Shown here in pieces: positions 1 to 42,189 of a DNA stretch of 64,000 nucleotides (the first letter of the stretch is position 1; every line of letters starts with the position of its first letter). The notes under the pieces were generated by a model that was not told the DNA's origin, did not search any database, and was given only the letters and a program-made list of their open reading frames with translations. The stretch comes from Octopus bimaculoides (lineage: Eukaryota): positions 54,141,283 to 54,205,282 of the forward strand of contig NC_068999.1 of NCBI RefSeq assembly GCF_001194135.2. The letters are read 5' to 3'. The position numbers and the translations under genes were made by a program.

Positions 1-300
1 ACCAAAGGTGACCATCCCACCTTAGTTTCAAATATCTAGAACTTCATCATTCAAAGTATTGTTTCTGTTTTGAAGACAGTAGGGTTTCTTTATCTTTTAC
101 TTGTTTCAGTCATTGGGCGGCAGGTCATGCTGGGGCACCACTTTGAAGGCTTTGCTTCAACAAATTAACCACAATACTTATATTTTTCTTAAAGTCTGGT
201 ATTTATTCAGTCTGTCTTTTTTTGCTGAACTGCTAAGTCACAGGTATTTACGTTTGGTGGATTTATTCAGCTGGCAGTAACTCTCAAGTGCTGTCATAAT

Positions 301-520
301 ATTGATTTCAAATTTTGGCACAAGGCCAGCAATTTCGTGCGAGGGGATAAGTTGATAACATCAGCCCCAATGCTCAACTGGTACTTATTTTATCAACCCT
401 GGAAGGATAAAAGGTAAAGTCGACCTTAGTGGAATTTGAACTCAGAATGTATAGATAGACAAAATGCCGCTTACCATTTTGCTTGGCATGCTAATGATTG
501 TGCCAGTTTGATGCCTCAGG
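301..520 (-). mobile_element. SINE family B copy (tRNA-like head, ~200 bp)
   Basis: Reverse complement of the recurrent element ...gttagca...gagttcaaatt...gtcgac...aagtaccagttga...ggccttgtgccaaaatttgaaa, seen more than 12 times in the window. Confidence 0.85.
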
Positions 521-608
521 TGTTGATATAATATTAAACTAAATGTTAATTAGTAATTATAATACATTTTGACAAGCCATATTATGAGGTGAGACACAAA
601 AATCTTAC

Positions 609-29446
<28,838 letters not shown>

Positions 29447-30179
29447 TGCAAATAACTAATGTAGAAAATGGGTTAAACCTTTAAAAAAAAAAGAAAAGAA
29501 AAATAATGAGTAAAAATAGTTCATATAACAACTACAAAATAAAACAAAAAGTTTATAAAGCTTGTTAAATTGTAGTTAATTGAAGGTTATAAAATAGGGC
29601 TCATTGTGAAAGACCCTTAAATAAATGATGAGGATAACAATAACAATTTCACACACTGACACAATGCCAAGAGTAAGGAAGAGGTGTAACCAGTATGTTA
29701 CTGGTATCTAGATTACTGATCTTGAAGGGTTTAAAGGTAAAGCTGACTCCCCAAGGGAACAGAACTCAGAACTTTAAGGGATGTAATTATATACCACGAG
29801 ATATTTAGTCCAACACTACTACTTTTGCTCTGGGTCAGCTCTTTGAAATTAAAAGAATGACCACACCTTCTCTTAAACAAAAGTCAAGTCACAGCCCAGT
29901 CTGGAGGAAGGTACAGTACTCGTTACCTTTGTAGGTCCTCCAAAACTAGTCAGACTGGTATGATTGATATGCATTTTGAACAGCTGAAATTTGATGTTTG
30001 CAAGGGAACAAATGTGTTTTAGAGAATTCTAAAGAGTTGACTTTCTAGAAGAGAAAGACTGGGTAAAGGGGAAGTGCAGGGCCTGGTGAGGAGGAGGCAT
30101 AAAATAAATGACAAAAGGAGAAGAGACAGGTGTGAAGGAAGGAATTGGATGGAGGTTGTAGATAACTAACGAGCTATGA

Positions 30180-30581
30180 GAAGCAGAGGCTGTTTATTGT
30201 AGCGGTGGGAGAACCAGAGTGAGGAGACATTGTGTTTGTGCACTAGAGGTTGGTGTGATTTGGAGAATGGTTCCTCACCAATCAGTTGAATGGTTTTTAT
30301 TTGGATGTAAGTCATGGATATTTATATGTTGCAGTAGCACAGTTCTAGATGAAGGAACAATGTTCCACGGTGGACTTGAGTTGAGCTTTGCAGAGTGTCA
30401 GTAGGTGTTGGGGTCTGAAGTAATTTCTGACTCTAAAGTAGAAATTAGCTCTTGGGACATGGTTTTTGTTATGTTACATATGTGAGACTGCTTGGAGAGA
30501 CCACCAAGGATTGTGAAACCTAACATTTGTAGTGACTTTAGGGATTTTATGTTGCCCATGACTAGAGAGAGAGAGGGGGGA

Positions 30582-30661
<80 letters not shown>

Positions 30662-31260
30662 AGTGTAGAAGATTGTTTCCTTGGCATGTGCAATGAATGC
30701 ATCTCTGAGCTGTTAGGGGAGACAAAGACTGTCATGTCTTGTAGAATGTTTTGGAAATCTTTGCTAATGGAGGCAGTTTGACTTGCATGCTGGCTAAGGA
30801 TGATGCTTTTGTTTGGAATGTTATGAAGATATGAAGAATGCCATCATCAGTAAAAAAGCAAATATTATCAAAGGTGACAGCAAGTCAAGTCATTAATTCA
30901 CAAGAGGAACTATGTGAATGACGTAAGAGAGCTTTGGGATATACCAAAGTTAAGCGAGTGTTGATGAGAGAGAGTCCCTTCTATGCCTGTTGCATTGGTA
31001 TGATTTCGACTGGAAGCTTCCAACCCAAGAGACTAGAATCAAACGAAGCCCATTAGCAATTTAGTGAGATGTTCATTCCATACACAGTCACACTGATTTA
31101 AAGTACAGTAGTAGTGTTTGTACCAAATTTCTTAAAGGTGAGGAGGCACTGATGAATGTCATAGCAAAGAAGATCCAAGCAGAGCTGACTCTTTGATGAA
31201 AAGTGAGGTAAGAGAGAGGGACTGAAGGTATTGGAGAAAGTGGCTGTTAAATGTCTTCAT
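30180..31260 (-). mobile_element. CR1/L2/Jockey-group LINE RT and 3' ORF remnant, split by an (AG)n tract
   Basis: Decayed motifs ...LNFGISQSS (GVPQGS), CFFTDD (YADD), FRVRNYFRPQHLLTLCKAQLKSTVEHCS, QPLVHKHNVSSL. Confidence 0.7.
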
Positions 31261-33402
31261 CACTTTAAGATGTTGACACTGAGAGCAATAAGCTGATAGT
31301 TGGTGGGGTTTGAGGAGTTAGCTTTCTTGAGGCTGGGATACACAGTTGTATTTTCCTGGTGTTCATACTTGCCATATACATGTATGCAGTGGTGAAACTG
31401 GTTCACTGGTAATGGAGAGTTTTGTTTGTGTTTTACCAAGTGTGTACAAAATGAAGTGGGAAGTAAACTGGAACAGGATGTATGGTTTGTGTATTGGTCG
31501 AAAGTCTACAAATGTTTGATAAACAGATGGAAAATGTCTTGCAATTTTGGCATTATTCTTTGATTGAAGAATTTTTTTAATGATTTTGGTTTGGTTTGCT
31601 TGTGGAGGAGACAAGAAGAGATCACAACTTTGAATTGATGCATGTAACCCAGTTAAGTGTTAATGATTTAGGATCTGTTTTTTGAAATTTTGTACTTACT
31701 GGGACACCAATCACAAGCTAGACAAATAAAGGTCATAGGATTATGTACCTGCTGAGAGGGAGCTTCTTGAGATGTCACTCATAGATCGTATCTTGAACAC
31801 TATCTGGCAACAGGCCTTTGTTCAGAAACCTTTTGCTTCTGTATCCTTGCACAAATAATGGCACCATGCATAGCAAAGAGAAGTGGCAGCCAGTGCACCA
31901 AGGAATCATGATTCAAATGATTGCAGTTGAAGTCTGATTCATATGATTGCAACTGAGTAAAATTCATTAAAATCAATCACCAGCCAGATGTGATATTAAG
32001 TTGAGTGACTTATTTGGCCTACTACCAAGGAAAAAGAAAAGAGGGGAAAAAGAATCAAGGCCAAGATGTTTCATTATGTGACCAGCATTAGTGAGATTGT
32101 CTCAGAATCCTCTCTACCTTCTAAAAGTAGTTGACAGAATGACAAGATCAGGGATCTTAGATGTGCTGACTTTATTGCTCGTGAAGAAATCACAGCCGTC
32201 ATGGGGTGATTTGTTGTTGGTTCAGCTGTTATGAATACAGAGACACGTGTAAAACATGGCTTTAGGCCAATGAACTAAATACCAGTCAATTGCCCTTTGT
32301 AACAGAATAAAATAAGTTTAATTGAAATCAAAGAATAACTAAAAACTACAAACTTGATGCTAAATAGCAGTCACTCACCTTTGTTACAGAATGAAATAAA
32401 TTAAAGAAATTTAAATTCAGATCTGACTGAGAAACAGTATGTTTGATACAAAGATTCTTGTATTCATGATAGATTTAAATAAATTGTGTAGTTATTATTT
32501 ATAAAAGTAAATGGATAATAACAATAAAATTGATAAAAAAACAAGCACACTTTAACCCTTTAACATTTAAACAGGTTATATCAGGCCCAAATATTCTACC
32601 TGTTTTATGTTCAAACCAGGCAGATCTGGCCTTTCACACCTACCCTACAATGTCATACTGAAAATAAACAGTCACATCATTGAACTTTCAAAGCCACTAG
32701 ATAATGCATGATTAATTGAAAACAACATGCATAAATAAGCATAGTACAAACTATGATGAAGGGTAGCCAGTGTGTTCCATTAGACAATCTAAAATACTAT
32801 TAAATTTCATTCAATTTTAAAAAAGGTAAAATTGGACAGAACTTATGGGATGACCTGATAGTTACTAGAAAGTTTTTATAGATATCATGAGTTTTCTTTC
32901 TTTTCTTTTTTTCCTTGTTTCTTTTCTTAACTAGATTTCTCTTTAAGTATGAAAATGGTTAATGTATTTTATATGTCATTTTAATAGCTAAGGTAGTTAT
33001 TTTATCTTTTGGTCAGTTGTTCAAAGTTACGTTTTGGTCAGTGTGTGAGTGACCTATCTCTTAAGTTTGAACTCATAGGTCTATTGTTAATTTGAGATTA
33101 ATTCTGCTTTGTTCTCTTTCTCTTCCTCTCTTCTCCTAAGACATTTTTTGTTCATATGCCTACTCAGTTAGAACTGACTTAGGTTTAAAAGACAGCAATA
33201 GGCAAGGATATTGTTCAAGATATATAATGACTGAGAGAACGACAGGATAGTCATGGCTGGAGAAATTTGATCATATACCTATTCGATCAGGGTTGACTTG
33301 AATCTAAACAGCAACAACCAGCCTGTTATTGTTTTGACACAGTATTGATATTTTTCATCACTTTACACTGTTATAACAGAAGGTGATCATTTATATTTTT
33401 CA

Positions 33403-33610
33403 CTCTTTTACTCTTTTACTTGTTTCAGTCATTTGACTGTGGCTATGCTGGAGCACCGCCTTTAGTCAAGCAAATCGACCCCAGGACTTATTCTTTGTAA
33501 GCCTGGTACTTATTCTATTGGTCTCTTTTGCCAAACCGTTAAGTTATGGGTACGTAAACACACCAGCATCAGTTGTCAAGCGATGTTGGGGGGGGGGGGC
33601 AAACACAGAC

Positions 33611-33645
<35 letters not shown>

Positions 33646-33807
33646 ACAGGCTTCTTTCAATTTCCGTTTACCAAATCCACTCACAAGGCTTTGGTCGGCC
33701 TGAAGTTAGAGTAGAAGACACTTGCCCAAGATGCCACGCAGTGGGACTGAACCCAGAACCATGTCGTTGGTAAGCTAGCCACTTACCACACAGCCTCTCC
33801 TACGCCC
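33403..33807 (-). mobile_element. SINE family A, near-complete copy (tRNA-derived head, central microsatellite, aaagagt tail)
   Basis: Reverse complement of 51441-51875. Partial copies at ~95-250, 9778-9870, 17020-17165, 23730-23930, 37665-37830, 39420-39565, 39990-40195, 40460-40675 and 45510-45840. Confidence 0.9.
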
Positions 33808-33829
33808 ATGTCAATGAAATAAAGGACTG

Positions 33830-34848
33830 AAGGCAGCAAGCTGGCGCAATCAGCGTTTTGTCCGTCTTTACATTCTGAGTTCAAATTCTACCAAGGTCGA
33901 CTTTGCTTTTATCCTTTCAGAGTCGATAAGATAAGTTCCAGTTGATCACAGGGGTTGATACAATCAACTTATCCTCACTCTCTGAATTGTTGGCCTTATG
34001 CCAAAATTTGAAACCAATAAAATAGGGGACCAATGACAAAAAGTTCAGGTACAATCGTTTCTTCAGTAAATTTTTCTAAGCCAGAGGAAGAATGAATGAA
34101 TGAATGAATGAATGAATGAATGAAAGACAGACTGAAAGAAAGAAAGAAAAAGCAGATGCTTGTAATGATTGTAAAGTTTATTTTTACATTCCGTGGAATC
34201 TCATAAATGCTTGTCAAAGAGAAGTAACTTTTTAAAGTACAAGATATGAACCACTTGGCCTACATCAAGTCTTGCTTCACACTTACTTCACGTCTAGTCA
34301 TTGCAGTCAATATGAAGTAACTTCTGTTTACAAACGTAACCACAAGTTGGCAAACAGGAACTAATTTCAAATTCAGCTCACATTTTATTTTACCATGAAA
34401 CATTTGTACTGAGTCATGGTAAATATACACACTTAGTTCAGAGGGGGAAATAAAAAGAATCCCCCAAAATCCTTATGTTCTATGACATTTATAAAAAAAA
34501 ATACATTCTAGAAGTGCTCTAATGACGTCAAATAATATTGCTTCCTTTTATTTGCTCTACTCCACCTCTTGCTGTTTTTTGTATTTCATCCATGCATTGT
34601 CCCCAACACCTTGGACCACTTTTACTAATAAAAGAATTTATTATTATTAGCATGTTGGATAAACTGCTTAGTAGCATATCTTCCAGCTTTTTACATTCTG
34701 AGTTCAAACTCCACTGAGGTTGACTCTGCCTTTCATCTTTTCTTTTAGGATCTATAAAATAAGAACTAGTTGAACATTAGGGTTATGTAATTAGCTAATA
34801 CCCTCTACACAAAAATTTCAAGACCTTGTGCCTATAGTAGAAAGAATT

Positions 34849-34893
<45 letters not shown>

Positions 34894-35085
34894 ATTATGG
34901 TGGTGGATTGACAGAATTATTAGAGTGCCTAACAAAATATCTTGTGGCATTTCTTCTGATTATGTACATAAAGAGTTTAAATCCTGCTGGGGTTGATAAA
35001 ATCAAAGTACCACTCAAGTACTGGGGTTGATGGTACTGACTAAATCCCTTGCATCAAAATTGCTGACTTAGTGCCTAAATAAGAA
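33830..35085 (+). mobile_element. Cluster of three SINE family B copies (~33830-34020, 34640-34850, 34900-35085)
   Basis: Each has gagttcaaa/gagtttaaa ... gttgat ... ggggttgat ... ccttgtgcc-type segments. Confidence 0.8.
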
Positions 35086-38000
35086 ACCATTATTATCATT
35101 ATTATTATTATTATTTTGTTGATGGGAGAATTTATGTCTTTATCTGTTGTCATCTGCACACCTGTTCTCATCAGCACACCTGTTCTCATCCAATCACTAC
35201 CAAAATGAACCAATGTAAAGACTAGCAACTACTTAAATGGGAAAGGGTGGGGAGAGGTCAATACTTAAACCAAAAGGTGGGGGTGGCAGCATTGAAACAA
35301 GCTGATGTCCACTATTATTCAGGCTGTTTGTACATAACTTGATAATCTGTGATTATCTGTAGATGTTGACTCCATACATACATGTTGTGTGTATATATTG
35401 CCTGCTGTTGACTATATGGCTGAGTACATCCTATAAATGTCAGCTGTCATCACAGGTTCAGCTTGTACAAATTGACTAGAGGAAACGACTTTATGTTGAG
35501 TGGAGCCAGTGAAAAAGCCTCTATCTGGTCACTCGGTTTGTAAAAAATAGCAGCTAGATTTCCCTCTAATCTTATCCTAAATGAAGACATAATATATGAT
35601 GTTGCCTACATGCCACTTAAAACACAGAATAATACAGCTTGAACACCTATAATGAAAGGCTTGCTCAATCAAACTTAACTGGAGACTTAACAAGTTGACA
35701 GTATTTACACAGTGAGAAAATTGTTTACTGTATAAACATAGCCTGAAGATGTTTATTGTATAGTTAAGTTAACCTGTGTATGGACTTATTTTGTTGTATC
35801 TTGGGAGGGTCATTATATCAATAATAAGAACACACATTGGTTTTATTTCACTTCTTTTATCATTAGTTGTCTAGATTCCCCAACTTCTATACCAAACTCT
35901 AGCAAGAGACAATAAATAGCAGAGAACAGACACTTTATTCATATTATATGTAACCCATGACCATAGGAATTCCACTATATCCCATAACATTATGATAAAT
36001 GTACTAATAGCAGACTTAGAATAACGAATAATAGATTTCCCCTCATGCCAATCCTGTGATATTAAGTAGCATACAGAAAACGTCATGCACTGCATGCAGT
36101 TCTCAGGTTATATATATATATATATATATATNNNNNNNNNNNNNNNNNNNNNNNNNNNNNNNNNNNNNNNNNNNNNNNNNNNNNNNNNNNNNNNNNNNNN
36201 NNNNNNNNNNNNNNNNNNNNNNNNNNNNNNNNNNNNNNNNNNNNNNNNNNNNNNNNNNNNNNNNNNNNNNNNNNNNNNNNNNNNNNNNNNNNNNNNNNNN
36301 NNNNNNNNNNNNNNNNNNNNNNNNNNNNNNNNNNNNNNNNNNNNNNNNNNNNNNNNNNNNNNNNNNNNNNNNNNNNNNNNNNNNNNNNNNNNNNNNNNNN
36401 NNNNNNNNNNNNNNNNNNNNNNNNNNNNNNNNNNNNNNNNNNNNNNNNNNNNNNNNNNNNNNNNNNNNNNNNNNNNNNNNNNATATATATATATATAATC
36501 ATTTTCATCATTAATATCCATGTTCTGTGTTGGCATATGTTGGACGGACAGTTTGACAAGATCTGATGTGTCCAAGGACTGCATTGAGCTCCAGTGTCTG
36601 CTTCGGCAAGGTTTTTATGGCTGGATAGCCTCCCTAATGCCAACCACTCTACAGAGAGGACTGTATGCATTTTTTGTGTGCCACATGCACTGTTGGGGGT
36701 CATCATGATGTTTGCAATACTACAAGCCCTGGAGGAGGTGGGTATTGGTCAGCTTCATGTTTGGGGATGAGGGAATTACTATGAGAGACAGGGAAGAGCA
36801 AGTTCAGAGTGATCTGCATGGCTACTCACATCTAGTTGGGGTAAAGAGGGTAGTGGTGGAAAGAAAGAGAAAATGATCAGTAGGAGCTGCAAGGCATAGA
36901 TAATGGTGATAAGGTACCCAGGTGTCCCTACAAAGAATAAGCTAAGTAGAAATGGGTGGGTGACTTGCAAGATTGTATGTGAAGGTGAATGACGGGTGGG
37001 GAGGCAGACTGCCAAAATGGGTTGGGTTGAAGGGTGAATGAGATAAGAGAAATGAGGGGGAGAAATAGAGGGATGCAGAAGAGTTGGGAGGCCAGCAGCA
37101 GGAGTAGAAAAAATGATATAGTTGCCAGGGAAGGGGACAAGACAGGGGGAAGGGGAAGAAGCAGGCATAATGCATGAGGTAGGAATCACTATAACAGGTG
37201 GAGAACACAGAATAAAGTGCTTCCAGAACTCAGTTTTGCTAAGTTGGGGTGGGGGGAAATCTTTTTGAGAAGCTCATATCACCAGAGACCCTGGTCCTTT
37301 GTCATCTCATCCATCAGGCTCAGGGACCTGAGCTCAGCTTTCGCCCCTTGGTCTAACGCTTTCCTGGATCTTTTTCTTTTGCAGGTTCTAGCTACATTAA
37401 GCAAACAACACTTGTTAACATAACCTTCCTTTTTCATAAACATCACAGGTGCATATCAGCACACACACACACACACACACGCGCGCGATGATGATGATGT
37501 GTATATATATATATATATATATACACATACATACACACATTTATATACACATGCATACACATACATACACACACACATATACACATACATACACATATAT
37601 ATACACATACACACATATATATACACATACACACATATATATACACATACATACATACACACATACGATAGGCTTCCACACAGTTTCCATCAACCAAATT
37701 TACTGACAAGGCATGAATCAGCCTGGGGCTATAGTGGAAGACACTTTCCCAAGATGCTGCATAGTGGAACTGAACCCAAATCTATGTAGTTTCCTAAGTG
37801 AGCTTCTTAACCACACAGCCATGCCTGTGCCTATATGGGAAGATTAATGGGGTAAGTGATCTCAGTAAGAAAGGGATCTTAGAAAAGAAATTCATTCTCT
37901 AAAAGGGTTGGTAGGAAACAAGATTCATTCTCTGAGTTGTAAGTCTAGCTTCATTACATAATTACAGACATTGTATTTCTTGTCATAGTTTCTTGGCCTA

Positions 38001-39692
38001 ATTTCACGGACAAAGCCTCTTTACACTCTGTCACTCTGTTATCTGTTTGTTGCTGTTATTGCTGTTGTTGGCATTGATGATACTATTGTTGTTGTTGTTG
38101 TGTTCACCAATAATGGTGAAGTCAATATGTCTTTAATCCCAATATCATCAGCTTTAATACCTGAACTTTACTCTTGTGATAACAGTTGACTTACATCAGC
38201 AATGACAATGACGATGATGACGACAACAGCAACAACAACAGCAACAATAATCCATCCTTAATATCTCAGTCACTACACCACCACCACCACCACTATCATC
38301 AACAACACCAATACTGATACAGCATATCCTTGCTACAGTCTGTTTTTTTATTTTTTTACAAAGAACACAACTAAATACTTGCAATGAATACAACAAAGAG
38401 CAAAAAAAAATAATAATAATAATTCAAAAGTCAAAAAGAAAATGAGGTACTTTCCTATTATCAACAGCCAATTTTTTCTATTATGAAAAGAATTAGTAAA
38501 TTAACAAACTACTAGACTCCTATTAGATTCATGAGACAACTGTAATAGTTAGTTGATCATTGAACTTTCAGAATAGCTATCACAACCTCATGGAGAAAAA
38601 GTACCTATTAATATTTACTGGAAAAATTGGAGAGAAAAAATATAAAAAGAAATAAACTAAATATTTTGGACCCAAAAATTCTTTCGCAGAAGGAAACATT
38701 TGCCCAATTCATTGTCCTCTTTCTTTCTTACCCATGGGGTAGTGACAGGTGTTCTAAAAGTCTGCCGATCAATTACTGCATCTTATGAATGTGATATTTT
38801 ATTTTCTCACATTTCTAACGATATATATGAAGACGCATGGCTTAGTGGCTAGGATATTTAGCTCACAATCATAAGGTGATGAGTTTGATTCCTGACAGCA
38901 TGTTGTATCCTTGAGCAAGACATTTTGTTTCATGTTGCTCCAGTCCACTCAGCTGGTAAAATAAGTTGTATCTGTATTTCAAAGGGCCAGTCTTGCTATT
39001 TTCTGTGTCATGCCAAATCTCACTGAGAACTGCATTTAGAGTAGTCTGTGGAGTGCTCAGTCACTTGTGCATTAATTTCACAAGCCAGCTGTTTCATTGA
39101 TTGGATCCTCTGGAATCCTCATCATTGTAATTGACAGAGTGCCATCTTAGTATATAAAAATAAACTGGTTGGTGGCACTAGAAAAGTAGGAAAAATAATC
39201 AGTTTCAATGTAGTAAATTGTTTTTGTTGCTACTTATTCTTCTTCTCTGCTTCCTTTCTAGTTTGGCCATCATTGAGAAAAGCAGATCAGATTTTCTCTG
39301 ATGCTGAGATGTAATTTTTTATAAAATAAATTTAATTTTTTGTAATTTCATTTCCTTTGTGATTGTTGTGAATTTTAATTCACAACAATGAACTTTAATT
39401 CACAGCAATCACAAAAGGTTGCTGTGGTTCAGCAAAAAGCGATCAATAAAATAAGTACCAGGCTTATAAAAATAAAGATATAAAGAAGTACTGATATCAA
39501 TTCATTTGACCAAAACGTGAAGGTGATGCCCCAGCATGGTTACAGTCTAACGACTGAAACAAATATTGTTAAAGGCGTGAAGTTGTAAGGAACTTTTGGA
39601 CGTTCACTGATGAAGGATTAGCTACAAATTTTGTTTGTTATGTTTTTTTTTTTAATTTTCCATTTTTATTGTATTTCTGTTAAATTTTTGAA

Positions 39693-39739
<47 letters not shown>

Positions 39740-40191
39740 TCAAAAGGAAATAGACACTCCTCATTATATTGTTTTCTTTGTGCAGACACTACTCATCAGT
39801 ACAATGTCCAAACGGGTTTATTCATTAAAAACTGCACAAGGCATGACTACTAAATACTAGATTAAGTATTTAAATGCAATCAAATGACATTTTGTTTCTA
39901 GAAATAGATCTTTACAAAAAATGATGGTGTTTATTTACTTTTAAGATGGCTGTGTGTGTGTATGTGTGTGTGTGTGTGTGTGTGTCTTTATCTTTTATCT
40001 TTCACTTGTTTCAGTCATTAGACTGCAGCCATGCTGGGGCACCACCTTGAAGAATTGTTAGTCAAATGGATCAACACCAGTATTTATTTTTCTTTTTTTA
40101 AAGCCTGGTACTTATTCTATCAATCTCTTTTGCAGAACCACTAAGTTATGGGGGCATAAAAGTGTACCAATACTGGTCGTCAAAAGAGACA

Positions 40192-40237
<46 letters not shown>

Positions 40238-40690
40238 TGTATGCAAGTAATGCATTTAATTTACTTTCTGAGGATGAGATGCTTTTGCATATCAACCGTT
40301 TCTTGTTGTCTACGTCTTTATGTATTCACATCATAAATGTACATCACCATATAAGCATCCACACATCTGGGTTTATAAGGGCATGTTTATATGTAAATGC
40401 ATACACATATATGTGCATATGCATGCACATTCATGCACATTAATATATATGGGTGTATATTTGTTTATCTTTTATCTTTTACAGACTTCACTCATTGGAC
40501 TGCAGCCATGCTGGAGCATTGCTTTGAGGGTTTTAGATGAACAAGTTGACCCCAGTACTTACTTACATTCTAAAGTTTGATATTTATCTTATCATTCTCT
40601 TTTACTGAATTACTAAGTTACAAGGACATAGACAAACCAGCACCAATTGTGAAATGGTGGTTAGAGACAAACACAAAGTCATACACACAC

Positions 40691-40721
<31 letters not shown>

Positions 40722-40797
40722 TGTATGTATGTATGTATGTATGTGTGTGTGTGTATATNNNNNNNNNNNNNNNNNNNNNNNNNNNNNNNNNNNNNNN

Positions 40798-40847
<50 letters not shown>

Positions 40848-42189
40848 CCTCATACCTTTGCCATGTAAAAGTGCCTCCATGCTGGTATTATGTAAAAAGC
40901 ACCCAGTACACTCTGAAAAGGGGCTGGCCTTAGGAACAGCATCCAGCCACAGGCATCATGCCAAAACAGACAATTGGACCCTGGGCAGCTCTCCAGTTGC
41001 TATCAAAGTATATCCCAAACAGATATTTCTGTGTTCTTAAAAGCACACCAATTAAACCTAAATTCTGCATCTTGTCTCACTAAATATTGGCCAACTGTAT
41101 TATGGGAAACTCTGAGTTTGCATGGACATTTGTGTGCTTTTTGTATGTGCACATGTTTGCAGTATGTATGTATATGTGTGTGCAAATGGATGGGTTTGAG
41201 AACATTTCATATTGCATTTCATCTGGGTAGCATTTGATTGACTTGCATTCAGTCTCAGCTTACTTTAAACTATTATGCTGTTAGTTTGTAGTGTTTGTAA
41301 TTTCTGAATTCTAAGTTTTCCTAAAATTTCACAATTCTTACATTTCAAAATGGCATCAAGTGATAGAGGAATTAGAAGAAAACATCTGAATTTAAATATG
41401 GCCTAGAAATTAGAACTAATGTGATAAATTAGAATAATGTTTCTAGAGCACGTGCTTGTACAATTTATGGCATAGAAAACAAGCTGTTTTTTATATATGC
41501 AAATTAAAGACCAAATTGCAACAGCTTTCTCTAAAAGGTGACTCTCAAATGAAGAGAAGAAAACATGAAAGTTGGGCAAGATAAATACATAGTTGTTTAT
41601 AAATAGCATATTTAACAAAGATCTAGTGGTGTTAATGTACTAAGTCATGTGTTGGAATTTGAATGTAGGACTCTTAAGAGACAAAGTGAGACAATGTTAA
41701 GGCAGGCGGTGAATGGCAGTGTTGTTTTGAGAAGAGGCATACCGTTGTGGAAAAGTAAAGCCTGTGGTAAATCTTAAAGTGCAGACACTTCAAAGTTTGA
41801 GCCATTTAGAAAATTTGTAAATTAACTTATTAAAGTCTGAGCATCTTATTTTATTGCAAGTTAACAATGCCAATGAAATTTGTTTGTTCACGTGTCCTGA
41901 ACACAGCACACTAGGTGTCAAGTTAATAAGTAGCAAATTTTTGCTTTACATACAATCACCTGAAGCCCAGTATGACACATCCTTACTGAGATTATGAATT
42001 TAAGCCTGGTGTTTATAATATTATATACACACCCACTTAAAAATGTGTGGTTCCCTTTGGGGATTTCTTTTCCTGCTTGAAGCACTTCCAAAAAAGTGAG
42101 CTGAAGATTTTCCCCCAATAATGTAAAAGCATTGTTGCTTCTTGATGACGTCCATGTCCATTTGCAGTTGTGATAAAAACACAAATAGT

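Noticed and set aside
36779-37423. Purine-rich block with several ORFs
   Set aside because: Compositional bias explains the ORFs; no motif recognised.
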